A stretch of DNA of 64,000 nucleotides from Podarcis filfolensis. Lineage: Eukaryota. Below the pieces are notes generated by a model. It did not search any database and was not told the DNA's origin. It was given only the letters and a program-made list of their open reading frames with translations. The translations under genes were made by a program, and so were the position numbers. The stretch lies in the NCBI GenBank assembly GCA_964270895.1, contig OZ185437.1. One strand, given 5' to 3'. Below, piece by piece: positions 24,596 to 38,700 of the stretch. Within the stretch, counting starts at the first letter, position 1. Each line of letters begins with the position of its first letter.

Positions 24596-24817
24596 CAGTG
24601 GTACCTCAGGTTAAGTACTTAATTCATTCCGGAGGTCTGTACTTAACCTGAAACTGTTCTTAACCTGAAGCACCACTTTAGCTAATGGAGCCTCCTACTG
24701 CTGCCGCACCGCCGGAGCACGATTTCTGTTCTCATCCTGAAGCAAAGTGCTTAACCTGAAGCACTATTTCTGGGTTAGCAGAGTCTGTAACCTGAAACGT
24801 AACCCGTGGTATCACTG
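24596..24817 (-). mobile_element. Tigger-like MITE, family B (inverted)
   Basis: TA|CAGTGGTACCTC...GTGGTATCACTG|TA, 222 bp; reverse complement aligns with 2807-3034. Confidence 0.88.
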
Positions 24818-25002
24818 TACTAACTGGCCAGCTTATTTGTTTATTGTTATGCATCTGTTGTGCCTTTCTTTCATCCTGGAAGGTGGTGTACATAGGGTTC
24901 CCACCCAGGCAAACCCCCATCCAGACACTCAGACCTGTTTAGCTTCAGAAATATAACTTTATTAGGTGCTTTTAGCCTTAGTCAATAGTAAAGCTATATG
25001 TA

Positions 25003-25371
25003 AAGGTAAAGGACCCCTGGATGATTAAGTCCAGTCTAATTTGACTTTGGGGTGTGGCGCATATCTCACATTCAGGCTGAGGGAGCTGACATTTATCCAC
25101 AGACAGCTTTCCGTGTCATGTGGCCAACATGACTGAACCGCTTTTGGTGCAATGGGACACTGTGACGGAAGCCAGAGCGCATGGAAACACCATTTACCTT
25201 CCCGCTGCAGCAGTACCTATTTATCTGCTCGTGCTACCATGCTTTCAAACAGCTAGGCTGGCAGGAGCTGGGACAGACCAACGGGAGCTCACCCTGTCAT
25301 GAAGACTCAAACTGCCGACCTTACGATCAGCACTCCTGGGAGGCTCAATTGTTTAGACCACAGCACCACCT
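25003..25371 (-). mobile_element. Sauria SINE, near full length, diverged
   Basis: AAGGTAAAGGACCCCTG (tail, reverse) to CACAGCACCACC; perfect 10-bp TSD GCTATATGTA at 24993-25002 and 25372-25381. Confidence 0.9.
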
Positions 25372-25444
25372 GCTATATGTACCTTCACTTTTAAAAATAA
25401 GTTAAATAACAGGAAAAATAATAATTGGATAAATGGTGTATTAC

Positions 25445-25542
25445 CTCGCCTGCTCCCTGGAACAGTATTGTGTGATCTGACAGTTTGTTGCCAGTAATCC
25501 GTAGAGCAGCAAGAAGTCCTGCAACAGCCACTGATGCTGTTC
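25445..25542 (-). CDS. ME1: NADP-dependent malic enzyme, exon 8 (98 nt)
   Basis: TTCAG|GA...GAG|GTAA; [33 protein letters not shown] includes the Rossmann GAGEAA motif, completed by exon 9. Confidence 0.97.
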
Positions 25543-28172
25543 CTGAAAAATAAAATGGAACTTACTTCATCAAGTTTAAAATTAACTTGTGTCATTGCTA
25601 ATGATTACCAACAAGTACCCACCCCTTTGTGATTTTTAAAAATATAATCCTGTTCTTAATGGCTATGTTAACCTCTGCTACTAAATTGCAACACATTATT
25701 TATTTTTTTTAAGCACAGGATGAGTACCAAACACAGCAAGGTTACATTAACGTTTGTTTAATTATACTACTACAATGTAATAACAATCTGAAATTATGTA
25801 TTCGACTTCCTTTTAAAAGACTTATTTTAATAGATTTCAATAGCACACCTGTTGAAATGAGAAGAGGTGTCCTCAGGGCACAAAACATGTAGAAGTCGTC
25901 TTACAAAGGCTACAAAATTACTGTAATGGCATTAAAATGTTGATTTGAGCTTATGGTGTAGGGTAATATTACATAATGGAATATAAAGAATGCTAGAGGG
26001 CACATGCACTGGAAATATATCTGGAAAGTTGATGTACACAAGAAATAGTTTCAATATGGTCCAACTCATAAAATAACAGTAATCCCATTGTGAAACAATA
26101 TCTTACTGTAAAAACAATGGAGAAAACACACTGTTTTGATAAGAATTAAAGGATGAAGTAACTTGTAACTGAATCCAAATGTATTTAAAGTAATCTCTCT
26201 CTCTCTCTCTTACACCCCCCCCAAGTTTGGTATTTTACTGTATTTATTGTAGAATTATATATTTTACATATTATGATAACTGAATTACTAGTTACATATT
26301 ATTCCCACAAGGCAGATGTCCACATCAAAATAACACATTAAATAAAATATTACTAAATATATCCTTAAATAAGGTTATGCAAACTGCATAACATGTAAGA
26401 AAGCGTTCTATAAACCACATGTCATGAAGAAATTTGACTTCTAGTCAAAAGCCTTATTTTGTTTCAAAAGGAGGAGGAAAAGGGACAAGACAATCATAAG
26501 ATCCATCAAAAGGCAAAATTTCTGTTAACATACATTTCAAATGCATAGTAGGGAAAATCTGCTTCTCTAGACCATTGTGATCTTCAGCACAGAATTCCCT
26601 CACTTCCATGTGTCACACCTGGGCAATGAATATTCCCAGTTGTTTACAGTATAAACAACGTAGACCAGATTAAAGTTATACATGCCACAAACTGGCAATG
26701 ACATGCTGTAAAAATTAAGAATGCTAAAGCCTTACTAAGCAGTCTCTGGAGGATTATTTAAAAAAGAATAATACAAGAACCATGAAATTTCTACTAAGTT
26801 ACTTTGGGGTTCAAACATCTTGCTCCTCTCAAGCTCACACTTTTGTCATAGAGCTACTGTGTTTCTTCTGCACACAAATAACATCCTCCCCACCCCACTT
26901 AAAATTTAAGTAGCACAGCAACTACAACTGTCAGTGGAGTATAAATGTGCAAATGTCTCATGGACCTAATGGATATCAGCTGCAATATTACCAGTAGCAA
27001 GTGATATAACACCCCCTTTATGAAGACTACTTTTAAGGTATCAAATACTTCCACACCCCTATCACAAGTGTGAGTGTGCACAAAGTACACAGCCCACTGA
27101 AGTGCAGGACAGGAAACAACTCAACCAAACACACACATTTTAACATCTCCCCTCTACTCCCAATAATGTTCCATATGTTTCTGATGGTAGGCTATGTGCT
27201 TCCTCATTGTCCTTCTTTTTTTAAAAAGGAAGCATGTAGATTGAATGCTGCAACAGTAGCAGATGTTTAAAGTGGGTCTTCCATCTCCTCACCATAGTAG
27301 TTTTGCATTTACCTTGGTGAATTTCAGCTGCTTCTGGCTAAAGGATGGGAGTGGCTCTGTAATAAAATCTCATGCTCAGTGGAAACAACCTGGATTCTTG
27401 TTAAGCCTCATGGGGCAGTAGACTCCCTTCTAAGAGTACAAGTGTCACAGTGTCCTTGGCAAACCTTATTTTAGGTTTTATTAAAAAGCTATAAATGTCT
27501 GACATGGCAGATCACTTTGCTCTTTAATTTGTCATATACTTCATCTGGCCACTGCTTTCATAAAAGTACAGATATAAACTGCTTTCATGTTAATTTAATT
27601 CAACAGATACAGCACAATGAACACAATTCTGCAAAGAGCTTTCTCTCAACTCTGTTTTCCCTTGCAAGCATGGACCTGGAACCTCACAGTGGGAAGATCT
27701 GCTGGTGAAGAACGACTTAAAGTGCAGAAAATAGTTGATAGGAAAGCGTTAAACATCCCCTTCCCCGTGCAATTTCCCTGCTCTCAGTTGCCTCCTCCCT
27801 TCTCCACCTGGTAAAAGGAAAGAACAGAAAACTGTTCCTTTCAGCATGCCTGGATACAGGAATGCAACACTTATTTGGTGCCATGTTTGAGCTACATTTT
27901 ATTCTTGAGGTTGAATCCCAAGCTCAACAAAGCTAGAATCCTTAAATTGATAACTCTGAATGCCCCTTCTTCCCTCTCAAAAGTAGCAGATGATATAATT
28001 CATTTACATTCATTTAACTCTCTATCACAATGTATTATTGCTATCTGTTATGACCCCTCTTTTTCTATTACTATTCTTTAGTCCTTATTATTGTACAATA
28101 ATATTAAATTAAATAAAAATGTTTAAAATTAAGGAGCTAAAGTAGAATCAGTGGCTAAAGTAAAAGCAAATA

Positions 28173-28418
28173 CAGTAGTACCTCTGGATACGAACAGGAT
28201 CCGTTCCGGAGCCCCGTTCGCATCCTGAAGTAAACGTAAGATGCGACTGCGCATGTCGCGTTTCACCACTTCCGCGCATGCGTGTGACGTCATTTTGAGT
28301 GTCTGCGCATGCGCGAGCAGCGAAACCCAGAAGTAACACACTCTGTTACTTCCGGGTTGCCGCGGAGCGCAACCCAAAAATACTTAACTTGAAGCTATTT
28401 CAACCCGAGGTATGACTG
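28173..28418 (+). mobile_element. Tigger-like MITE, family A
   Basis: TA|CAGTAGTACCTC...GAGGTATGACTG|TA, 246 bp, CpG-rich, internal hairpin AACCCAGAAGTAAC...GTTACTTCCGGGTT. Confidence 0.9.
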
Positions 28419-30018
28419 TAATAGTTTCCAATGCCCTTTGAGATAAGAATGTCAAGTTTCTTAGGAGACATGCATCCAACTAGCTACAATAACAGAGTCA
28501 TTGTAACCCCGATCCACGCCACAGGGTGGGGTTAGGATGAGGTCGACCTGTTGCTCCACCAGATTCTGCTGGCCAGGGCTCCATCTCTACAGGGCATCCC
28601 CAATACATCCGCCAAAATTGTAGCAAAGCACACGCTACTACCAGTGGTGTTCCCAATGGCAGTAACTATCACAAGGCTGCAAAACAGGAGCAGTGTGGAG
28701 CAGAGCTGTTGATGCATCCAAAGTGAGCACCTTTTCAAGTAGCCTGGAGCAAACATAGGCAAGAACTGTAAAATCGTCCTCCCCTTCTACCCTAGACAGC
28801 AAGAATAGCAGGGCTTCAGACATGGCAGTGGATTCACTGCTTGACTCCACTCCTTTAGTCTCTTCTGGAACCTTGGATTGATCTGTCTGTCACTACTCAG
28901 TATATTGGGCAATGAATGCTGTTGGCTATGGCATAGTCTTGCAATCTGCACACTTTGAAAGACAGATGTAAGAAACACTGAAAATAAGTTATGAGACAAG
29001 AGCCTGGGAAATAGAAACAGCTGAGCAGGCAAGCCAAAGAATTCAACATTTGCAGTAAACATTTTACTAGCACACAAAAATCCATATGACTACTATTAAT
29101 AGAAAACAGTTTATATAAAACAACCTAATTGTGTCTTCAGGTTCATTCCTAAAAGACAAATATTGTAATTCTAAAGCAAGCAAAACTTGTATCAACAGTA
29201 AGCACTATGAGAGTTGGCAAGAAACAAAAAACATTGTTCATCTTGGCTATCAAACTTTTTCTGCTTGAAAATGAAATTAACACACCACACAGCCAATAAT
29301 TATTGCAGCCGGTAGCAGGAGAGATTAATAGTGCAATCCTATGCATAAGCTCTTTTGGCAGAGGAATCAGAGGAATTTAATGGAAGCCTAGCTACATGAC
29401 AGAATGCAAGATATGACACCACCATATTATGTTGGTGGAGCTCTTCCGCTGTCAAAATTGTTCCTCCTACTGTTCTCTTTTGTCTCTGACATGGCGTTGT
29501 GAGTTATGTGTGTGGGTTTTGTTTTTGGTTTTTTGACCAAGCATGCAAAAAGCGAGTGGCAGCATGTTGCCTCTTCCCCCAGCAGGTCTCAGTTTCTCAT
29601 CTCATGCTTCCCAAATTTGTACCTTGTGCAGTGAGTCACTAGAGAATGCTGCTATCAGTATGTGCTGGTGCCCTTTGTTCCATATCCTGACCATTCCCTT
29701 TGACTGCTTGGCTTCCCCTTCCTTGGTAGGTCTTTAACCCTTGTTATTAAAGGGTTATGTGAGCTTTCTGCAGATGCAACTACCTGAGTGCTGTGTTGCG
29801 TGGGCTCCATTTCTTCCCTTTCATGTGTTGTGCTGCCATACAGTAATTGTGAAGAGCACCCAAACCCTGCCTGTAGTACAACCAGGGCTGATGGATTGCA
29901 TTGTTGTGGCATTGCTATATATGTGGTGGTGTCAGGTGGTATGCTGGAGGGTGGGGAATCTCTGTCATTCACTGGCTCTCTCTATCAGTGAGTGGCATGC
30001 AAGCATCATCACAAGCAC

Positions 30019-30156
30019 CAGGGCATTTTTTACAGGGGGAACTTATGGGAACTCAGTTCCATCACCTCTCAGGTGGGCATCCTTGCCATTCTAGGAGAAC
30101 AAGGGAGGTGTTCATAGTGAGTTCTGGCACCCTCTTTTTCTAGAAAAACAGCAGTG
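30019..30156. mobile_element. degenerate hAT-like MITE
   Basis: CAGGGCATTTTTT...TTTTTCTAGAAAAACAGCAGTG; flanks ACAAGCAC/GTTAGCAC share the last 5 of 8 nt. Similar termini recur at about 61725-61808. Confidence 0.45.
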
Positions 30157-30222
30157 GTTAGCACAATACCTGATTAGTGGGTTTTGATTGTTTTCCCAAG
30201 GATGCACCATTTGGGGATATTG

Positions 30223-30410
30223 ATTTATCCCACCTTTCCTCTCTGGGGAACTATGTGGTGTGTTAATTTACATATCAACCCCAGGAGGCAGATCAGGCTG
30301 AAAGATGAAGACTGGTGGCCCATGTCCCTTAGTGAGCTTCATGAATGAGTGGGAATCTGAACCTGAGGTACCCCAGTCCCAAACCAGCACTCTAACCACT
30401 ACACCACACA
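30223..30410 (-). mobile_element. MIR-like SINE, old
   Basis: Reverse complement starts GTGTGGTGTAGTGGTTAGAGTGCTGG (tRNA A-box-like), then CATGAAGCTCAC core. Confidence 0.65.
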
Positions 30411-30556
30411 GCTTTCCTCTTCCCTCCTAAGCTGAGCCTGTATATAGTGGCTTTTCCACCAGCACAGGTGTGGGCATCCTTGCCTAATTGATGTATAGAA
30501 TTGCTCTGTAATAATAGTATAGATATTTTACTTAAAAAATAATGAGAGGAAAATTA

Positions 30557-30605
30557 TTTATACCACCTTGAGCTCATACGAGGAAAGGTGGAGTTTAAAT
30601 AAAAT

Positions 30606-30606
<1 letters not shown>
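30557..30606 (+). mobile_element. LINE/SINE 3' tail (L2-type hairpin end)
   Basis: CCACCTTGAGCTC...GAGGAAAGGTGG stem followed by an A-rich tail that runs into (AACT)13. Confidence 0.45.

Positions 30607-30658
<52 letters not shown>
30607..30658. repeat. microsatellite (AACT)13
   Basis: Read directly; perfect. Confidence 0.97.
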
Positions 30659-32546
30659 GGTTCCACTAGTGGAAGCCTGCACAAGGACTTAGCTAGCATA
30701 ATTGGGCTTTCCCCACTCCCCTCATGTGTTCCCTGCACCTTCAGAACTTGGTTCTGGTGGGAGAACCACCAGAACAGCACATAGAGGGAGGAGAGGGGAG
30801 ATTGTTCCATCGAGGAAGCAGAAATGCCTGCACTGAGGGAAGCTTTGTAACTGCATGATATTGAATTCCTCCCAAACAAACCTTTCAAACTTAATCAGTT
30901 CTTTTTGCCAGGACCAGACACTGCCATTCACCACTTAATAAATACCAGGAGAAGCAGACTGGAAACATCAGATATCCCCAGACAATCTGGTTCTGTTGCC
31001 TTGTTCACTTATTACCAGGCATACATTTGCTGTAGCAAATCTCTATACTCCAGCCCCTCCAGCATACACAAATATGCAAATGAAGATAAGCATATTTGAG
31101 GCAGAGGTGAGAGAAAACTGCCACCACCACCAACATGCAATTGTCTAGGCACAGTTGTTTCTGCTAGCAATTGCATTCAAGTCCATTCGTATATAGGATT
31201 AGACAAATAGCTTTTTCCATGGTACTTCTCTATGTTCAAAGTTGCTGAGCAATACTTATTTGCACAACCTTCTTGCACAAAAGTTATGCTGTGAGGCAAC
31301 AATTTGCTCAAGCTTTAGTCCTTGGGCACAAATTCAAATCTGGGTCTCTACTGTTCAAAGCAAATCATTCCAGTTCCTTTCACACATTTGCAGTCACGTG
31401 GGAGCCACTTTCCTTTTGTGAGAGATCTCATGCCAGTAAGGAAATTGTGTAGATATTGCAACCTTGTGGGCAGAACCAATCAATGCATCTTCCCCATTGC
31501 TCTTGAAAGACCCACATGATTGGCCCTCCACATGGGATTGCAGTATTTATTGCATTTTGCGCAGTAGAATGGGAAATGCAGTGTATATGGGTATTTTAGG
31601 TTTATAGCCAACTAAATCACTGCCTGTACAAAAATTAAGTGCAACAGGATTCCCCCCCTGTCTCCCTTACACACGCCCTACACATTTCAGATCTGCTCCA
31701 GTGAGTTGAAGGAACCCTCAGAGCAGCTTTGGTGTCCACACAGGGAGAGGAAAAGGAGGGGAAGTTCCGTTGCACTTGCACAAGTTGAATACAATCCACA
31801 GTTGTAGTTGCTGTTGAATACAACCCACATTTTCCCAACCAATAATCATTATTCTCTCCTCATGACTGAGCTGTAAGAATAGGCATGACTCCTCAGTATC
31901 CATTTATACTTTGTAACACATTTAAAGTATCTTGATTTCCAGACACTGTGCAGTCCACTGTCTGCAAAATAAAGTTATCAAAGATGTCTTAGTGTGCACA
32001 TCTGTCACGCATCACTAAATTGATGCTACTTTTATTGCCAGAGTTTGGGGCATTGCAATTTCCTCAAGTGCTCATTAACCTATGTGCAACCTTCGTGTTG
32101 CTCTTTTACTGTGTCATCACCCAGGATCTGTAGAAGAATTTCTTCTACATCTGAAAAAATGAGCTGGGTAGGTCATTTTATTTCAGCCTTTTTCACATCT
32201 TAACTAAAACTGGAGAAATTCCAAACACACCAAATTAACAGGAGTTTGGCTTTAAAATGTTGAAGCAGAGAAGGAATATGTGACTAACAATCTAATCCTT
32301 AATCTTGCTGTACCAGCACATATATTCTTAGAATAAAAACAAACAAAAAATCCCACAATATTACTTGCACACAATATTTCAATGACATTGCAAGCAGTTA
32401 TACCATCCCTCAACCAAACTAATGATGGCCTCTGACCTTAAATGGTCATTCTATGAATCTCCTCAAGCACAACTGAATAACCTAACTGGATATATATTTT
32501 ATTTACATACAAAATTATTAAAGTTGACAGTTTTTCTCTTTAACTA

Positions 32547-32723
<177 letters not shown>

Positions 32724-35700
32724 TTAAGTTGTAATATGCTGGTCACCTGCCTTATGCTATAGTTGAGCAATGCGTTTGTGGACTGCCTTCCTAGTGAGCT
32801 CTGTCTCCCTTATTATTAATTTTCAAGAAGTGCTTTAAAACATTCCTACTCATTTCAATTAACTTCTTGCACCTTTTCCTAGAAAGAATATGGTATCCGG
32901 ACCTGCGATAAGTAGGATTAAAATTGAAAGATCATTGGCTTAGGTCACCTGCTGCAGCTAGATCTATTTGAAAATCACCAAACAAACTCTGTTACTGCTT
33001 TCAGATTGGATTAAAAGCGAAATTGGTTATTCTTATTAATCCTCTACATAGATCTGTTAATCATTTGCATGGATTTTATTTCTGTGGAGGAACAACCTAT
33101 GCTATTATAGTTATACAGATGAGGAAACAAAGCTGGAACCTATGATATACAATCACTTGAAATAGCACCTATGTAGATACGTACATTAACACTTACACAG
33201 TCCCATTATGCCTGCAGCATCATGAGATATACTAGCAATCCTTCTCACTCAAAATGCCCCACACATTATACTATTACTTTTATATGGGGGAGAAATGCTA
33301 CATTCACTGGTTATACACATATTTTATTCCAGTATAATCATCCACACCCTCCTATATTAAATAACACTGTAAAGATGGTTTAGGGAACAGTACAATCTAA
33401 TTAGTCCCACATCCCAGTAGGTCTTACAGCAGTTACTAAATCTTGCACAGTGTCAACACTCAGTAGACTGAGTTCTAAGGCTACAATCTACTAATGGCAT
33501 GGGTACTTTCCCTATGGAGCTAACAACCAAGACAACATTTACCATAACCTTTAGCAATCTGTTTTTGCTTCAGAGGAAATGCATGTATAACCAAAAAGTT
33601 AGAGCTTTCAATTAATATCTAAAGCAGGCCTCAAATTAGCTTCTGAATTGAGGTTTTTCCCAAAATATTTGTATGGCTCTTCAGCTGTCATGCCATTTCA
33701 GCACTTCTCAACAAAATATCCTCATCTGGTTTTGTTTTTTTACATTTTGTGATGCTTTTCACCACTCATCATTAAATAACATGGTACCACCAGATAACAA
33801 AGATAGTATAGAGCCCAAATTAGCAGACCTGCACTTTCTAACATCTACTTATGCTATGATGAAGAGATAGAAAGGCATCTTATAATAAATAGATTGAAAT
33901 AACATCGACGTCACTGTGCCTTTTAAAAATTTGCACCACAATGGCTTCTTGGAAGGGTCAAACCAAAAAAGTTAAACTCTTCCAAGAATATTAGAGGCAC
34001 TCTATAATTTTACTATTATTTGAGTATGCTGGGGAGAAATAAATGTCACATAATCTTCTAAAAATGCTAGTAATGTTATAAGATCTGTATTACATAACTG
34101 TGAATTATTCCTTGAAATAAAAATGTGGGTGTTATTAAAGCATTAGCAGCCTCATACCCAGCACTGCTCAAGAACTCTAAGAAACCAAAAAATATGTGCA
34201 GTGGTTAAAATCAGTGCTGTCTGACATCTTTATTGAAATGGTGTCCCACTGTATATCTGAAGACAGACAAAATCCTGCTCCTTCATCTCAGGAACCAACA
34301 TTTGGTTACAATATCTTAACAGGTGCCCAAATACAGAGAGGACAGACAACTTTCTAAAATATATAGTAGACTGGAAGCGTAAAGAATCGAACAGTTTCCA
34401 CTTTTCTCATACTTTTTGGATCACAGCTCAATATTATGTACATTTATTCTGGAATAAGCCCCACTACGTTCCATTTATATAGAACTATCAACTCAGAGTA
34501 CTTTCCTGGTACGCAGATTTCCCATACGTTTTATGGAGCAATATCTGTCAATGAAACCCCCTTTTTCACAGTGCCATAAAAGGTGACCAGTTAGTTTAAC
34601 CAAGCAAGAATACATAAACATTTCTCTGAATTTCAAATCAAAATGTTTTGAAAATCTTAACCTTGAATTTAGTCTGTCCAGTTTCTCTCCCACTGTGACT
34701 ATCTTTGCTGCCTAAAACAGTATAAAACAATAAAATCCATGTTTGAGGGGCACATTCTCTAACACATAGGACCAACTTTAGGTATTTTGATATTCTTGAT
34801 GTTCTGGAGGCTGCACGCCAGCAGTGGGTGGGTCTAAAAGTGGGTATGGCCACCCTACACTCACACATGTAGATGCACACACACAAGGCAGGCATGTCGG
34901 CATCCAGGGGTTGAAAGGCCAGCTGGCTAGCCCCCAGCTGGATCGTCCCCTCTCAGCCGTCACGCTGCGGAGATTCATAGACCTCTGGCTCTAACGTAAA
35001 TCAGCGACTCAAGCTTGCTGCCTTGAGCACACTATACGTAGCAGTGTAAATGCACAACAGAAGAGGCTGAGGCTGTGGATACGTACTAAAACTATGGATT
35101 TATTTTACATAAATCAGAACAAAGAAACATGTCGTCTCTCCTTGCAGTCTTCTCGGAGACAGATTCAAAACAAAAGCAATATACAGAGCGTAAGTTCCGC
35201 TCATGGGACCCAGCAGTCTGTGCTGGAATGTAAACAGACATGTGACACGCAACAATCCCATGTCTGCAACAAAAGGTGGAATAGAATCTCCCAACAAGGC
35301 ATACACACAGACACATAGTTCCCTCCTTCTTAGCTGATTTGTGCAGATGAGTTAGGGAGAGGGCTATTGATCCCTCTCCAGTGAACAAATTAACAACCTG
35401 ATGATGAGATCAGGCAATTTACAGCCCTAGCAGGCTTCTGAGCTCTACCCACCCCATCACTGTGTCCAGTAGTAGTAGTAATATGATTATTATTTTGCCA
35501 ACAAACAAAATATTTTGCCAGAAAACTCTGCAAACTGGGGAGTAGCCATCCCTGTTCTAAGAAACACTTACCCTCTTTACCCTTGGGATTATTGATGTAC
35601 TTGCCCTAGCAACTCCTTCTCACAGAGCCTCTGCCTAGAGCTGACCATCCCTATAACAATGAGCTCTTTCCACAATAAACTTGGGTCAGTTTGCAATGGA

Positions 35701-38700
35701 TTTTTTTCCATTACGAAGTACTGTTCTAAGTTGATACCAATAATTGGATTTCTGCTGCCCCAAAGCCTAGGAAGCGGTATGAGTCACAGAACATCTGGAT
35801 TCCCTGATCCTCACTGCTTCTTAGTCATAATTGTTGTCCTCTTTCCCATCTGGTGCTGTGATCTCTTGCTTCCTTCAGGTTCACTGAGATTTCAATGAAT
35901 CAATTTTAGTCCACCACCCCATGTTTTGAGGGGTTTGCTGTTACTAAAGAATCTCAGTAATAAAAGTCCAGCACATTTCCCCCTTCTATTATTTCTATTT
36001 TCTTCAGTGCAGGGTCTTCATTCATCCAATTCTCTTCTTGTTAAGCCCCTTATCTCTTTTATTAAACATAACCATAATTTCTCTCTTAAACATAAGTTGC
36101 TGCTATACACCAAGTCAAATCACTGTTTCAGCAAATTCAATGCTAAACTCTCCAAGGTCTCATGCAGATACCTTCCCCAGCCTGATTAATATTAATATTT
36201 TGGCAATCATAGCTATATTTTACATGGCATGGTTTAACTGGAGATGTCCAGAACCTTTCTGCACACAGCACACATGTGCTAGCAACAAACTACACCCAGA
36301 ACTGTTTTATGACTAACTTCTTGTCTTCTATTCTAAATTTTACATTTTTAAGTGTGTATGTATTAGGGGTGTGCACTGATCATATTTGGACCCCAAAGCA
36401 CAGGACCAGATAAAATAAATCACCTTGATTGCAAGTTATGAAGGAACTCCCTCTGCACCTTCCTGATCCTGGTATTTTCCTAAAGTTAGATTCTCCCTCT
36501 TACCTCACATTCCAACATCTTCCTTATATACGTAGTAAACTTAAGGGGGGGGGTTGTATACTGTCCACAGCATTTATTTGATACCTAGATGGACGAAACA
36601 CTTCAGGAGGCTTTGCTCTGAATTGTGCAGCTTCGTAAAGCTCCTGTTTAACCTCAGATGTGCTCAGTTTTCCACAAATACATTCCAACTTGTCTTAAGC
36701 CTTTGTCCAAATCCAGTGCACTACCCTAGTGTGTACGGCTGGAGATAATATGTAGATATATAAAAGAAGGCACTTCAGTTTGTTCAAGGAGGAATCACCA
36801 TTTCCACAAATTCCTCTCTCATCACATCACACACTGTTGCAGCAGAAAAGAGACAAGCCAAAACCCTGTTCCATGTGTGGAATAATGCTCACACTTCTCT
36901 GGGTTCAAACAACTTTATACGTTTTCACAACAGAAACTTGAAATGTTGTGGACACATTGTCCAAGTAATTCAAATTATGAAGAAGAAAAATCTGAAAACA
37001 GGAAATTTTGTAACTTTCACTCAGAACACAGGATATACACTATGCTACACCTCAACATAGCAATCAGCACTGTTATACACAGCAATCATTGCAAGCCATA
37101 CATGAGACATTGTGAAGATGTATGGTTTCTCCTCAGAGCTTTAAATAGCCTTAGGAGAAGTTCACATTTCATTATGTAAATGGTATTGTAGATATATAAT
37201 AGAAGGCACTTCATAGGTGTTCCTTTTACCATCTATACTAAGAAGTACCATTATTTGCACAAGTCTACTCTGTATTCCCTTCACTACTTCAGTCCTTTTT
37301 GCTTCCTTTCTCAGTTTTTTGTTACTGCTATGATCCAAGTACTAATGCAATATCTATTCATTTTGTTTTATTTTGTTTTTTATAATCTGTTTTGGCAAGG
37401 ACCTTCTAAAGCTCTTGTAAAGTTCCTTCTTTCAATACTATATTAATAATTATTATTTCATTCCTTTATCGCAATACAATTTTGGGCTATGATGCTGAAA
37501 GACAGCAGAGCTACAGTGAAGTCAATTTTGGCTTAAGAAAAATATTAAATAAGCACCATATGTTCTTTGTAAACAGTACGATATTCAGAAAATAAGATTT
37601 TAACTGAGGAAACCTTGGTTTTCAGGATTTCCGAGCTAGAGGCACTTGCAATTAGCTTATTATCTCTTGAGCAAAATAAGTTCTTAATAACAACAGTTAT
37701 AAACATGCAGTCTGGATTTCTGGGATTGCATGCATTCTCTATGCCTTCCTTTTCTCCACCGCCACAATATGACTTGGCAAAGGTATTGTGTATCAGTTCT
37801 CCTGCAAAGTCCATGGAAATTAAAGAAGGTAGCTGTATCCTCAAAATGGAGATTGTTATTGTTAAGTATTTTACAGTACTACCATACAGTACTGATTTTT
37901 TAAACAGACCAAACTAAATTGTAACAGTTATATCAGCTGTGAATAAGGTACAGTCAGGCTTACTAAAAACAAACAAACCACCCTTTAGTAAGCTTAAGGT
38001 TTTACTTATCAACCTGTGAATTTGCCTTCTTGTATTCTGCATGGCCAGCAGACCTCACAAAGGGTGGCTCGACCGCTCCTTGGCAAAAAGCCATGGGACT
38101 AAACTGCAGGTTTGGCAGACTTAAGCAGGAGACTGCCAAAGTCAGTTATGGTGACATCCAAAGCTAAGTAACCTGAAGACTAGAATTAGACATCTCAAAA
38201 TATCAGATAAAACTATAGGCTTAAGATTAGGAATATCAGGCGTAATAGCCAGCCAATTTCATTCCTTTTCATTTTCTTAAGACTATTCTGATACTGCATC
38301 TACAAGAATTAAAAACTTAAGAAAAGATGCACTCTTGACCCATTTATTATGGATCAAACTATAAGTATATTGTTTCATATTTGCCACTTAAAACATATTG
38401 TCCTTATTTGAAGATTAATCCCCTTATATGTTTACATTATTTATTTTAAAATAAAATATGCCTGCAATAGATAAAGGGTAATATCCAATAATAATCATAC
38501 TCAGAGTAGACCTATTTAGATCAATGGGTCTACTCACAGCATGATTTACTTCGTTTTCACCCAAGGTGCTTATTTGTTTTGGATTAATTGCCATCCCTTA
38601 TTTTGAAAAGTATTGAATTTTAACTTATGACTCAGACAAGTCATTTCTTATTAATGTAAGCCCTTGAGACCATCAGAGCAGGATAAAAATACGTTCCTCC

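Noticed and set aside
28500-28870. Possible solo LTR starting TGTAAC
   Set aside because: No matching CA end, TSD, PBS or PPT found.
35540-35690. LTR-like segment with AATAAA
   Set aside because: No TG...CA boundaries or TSD identified.
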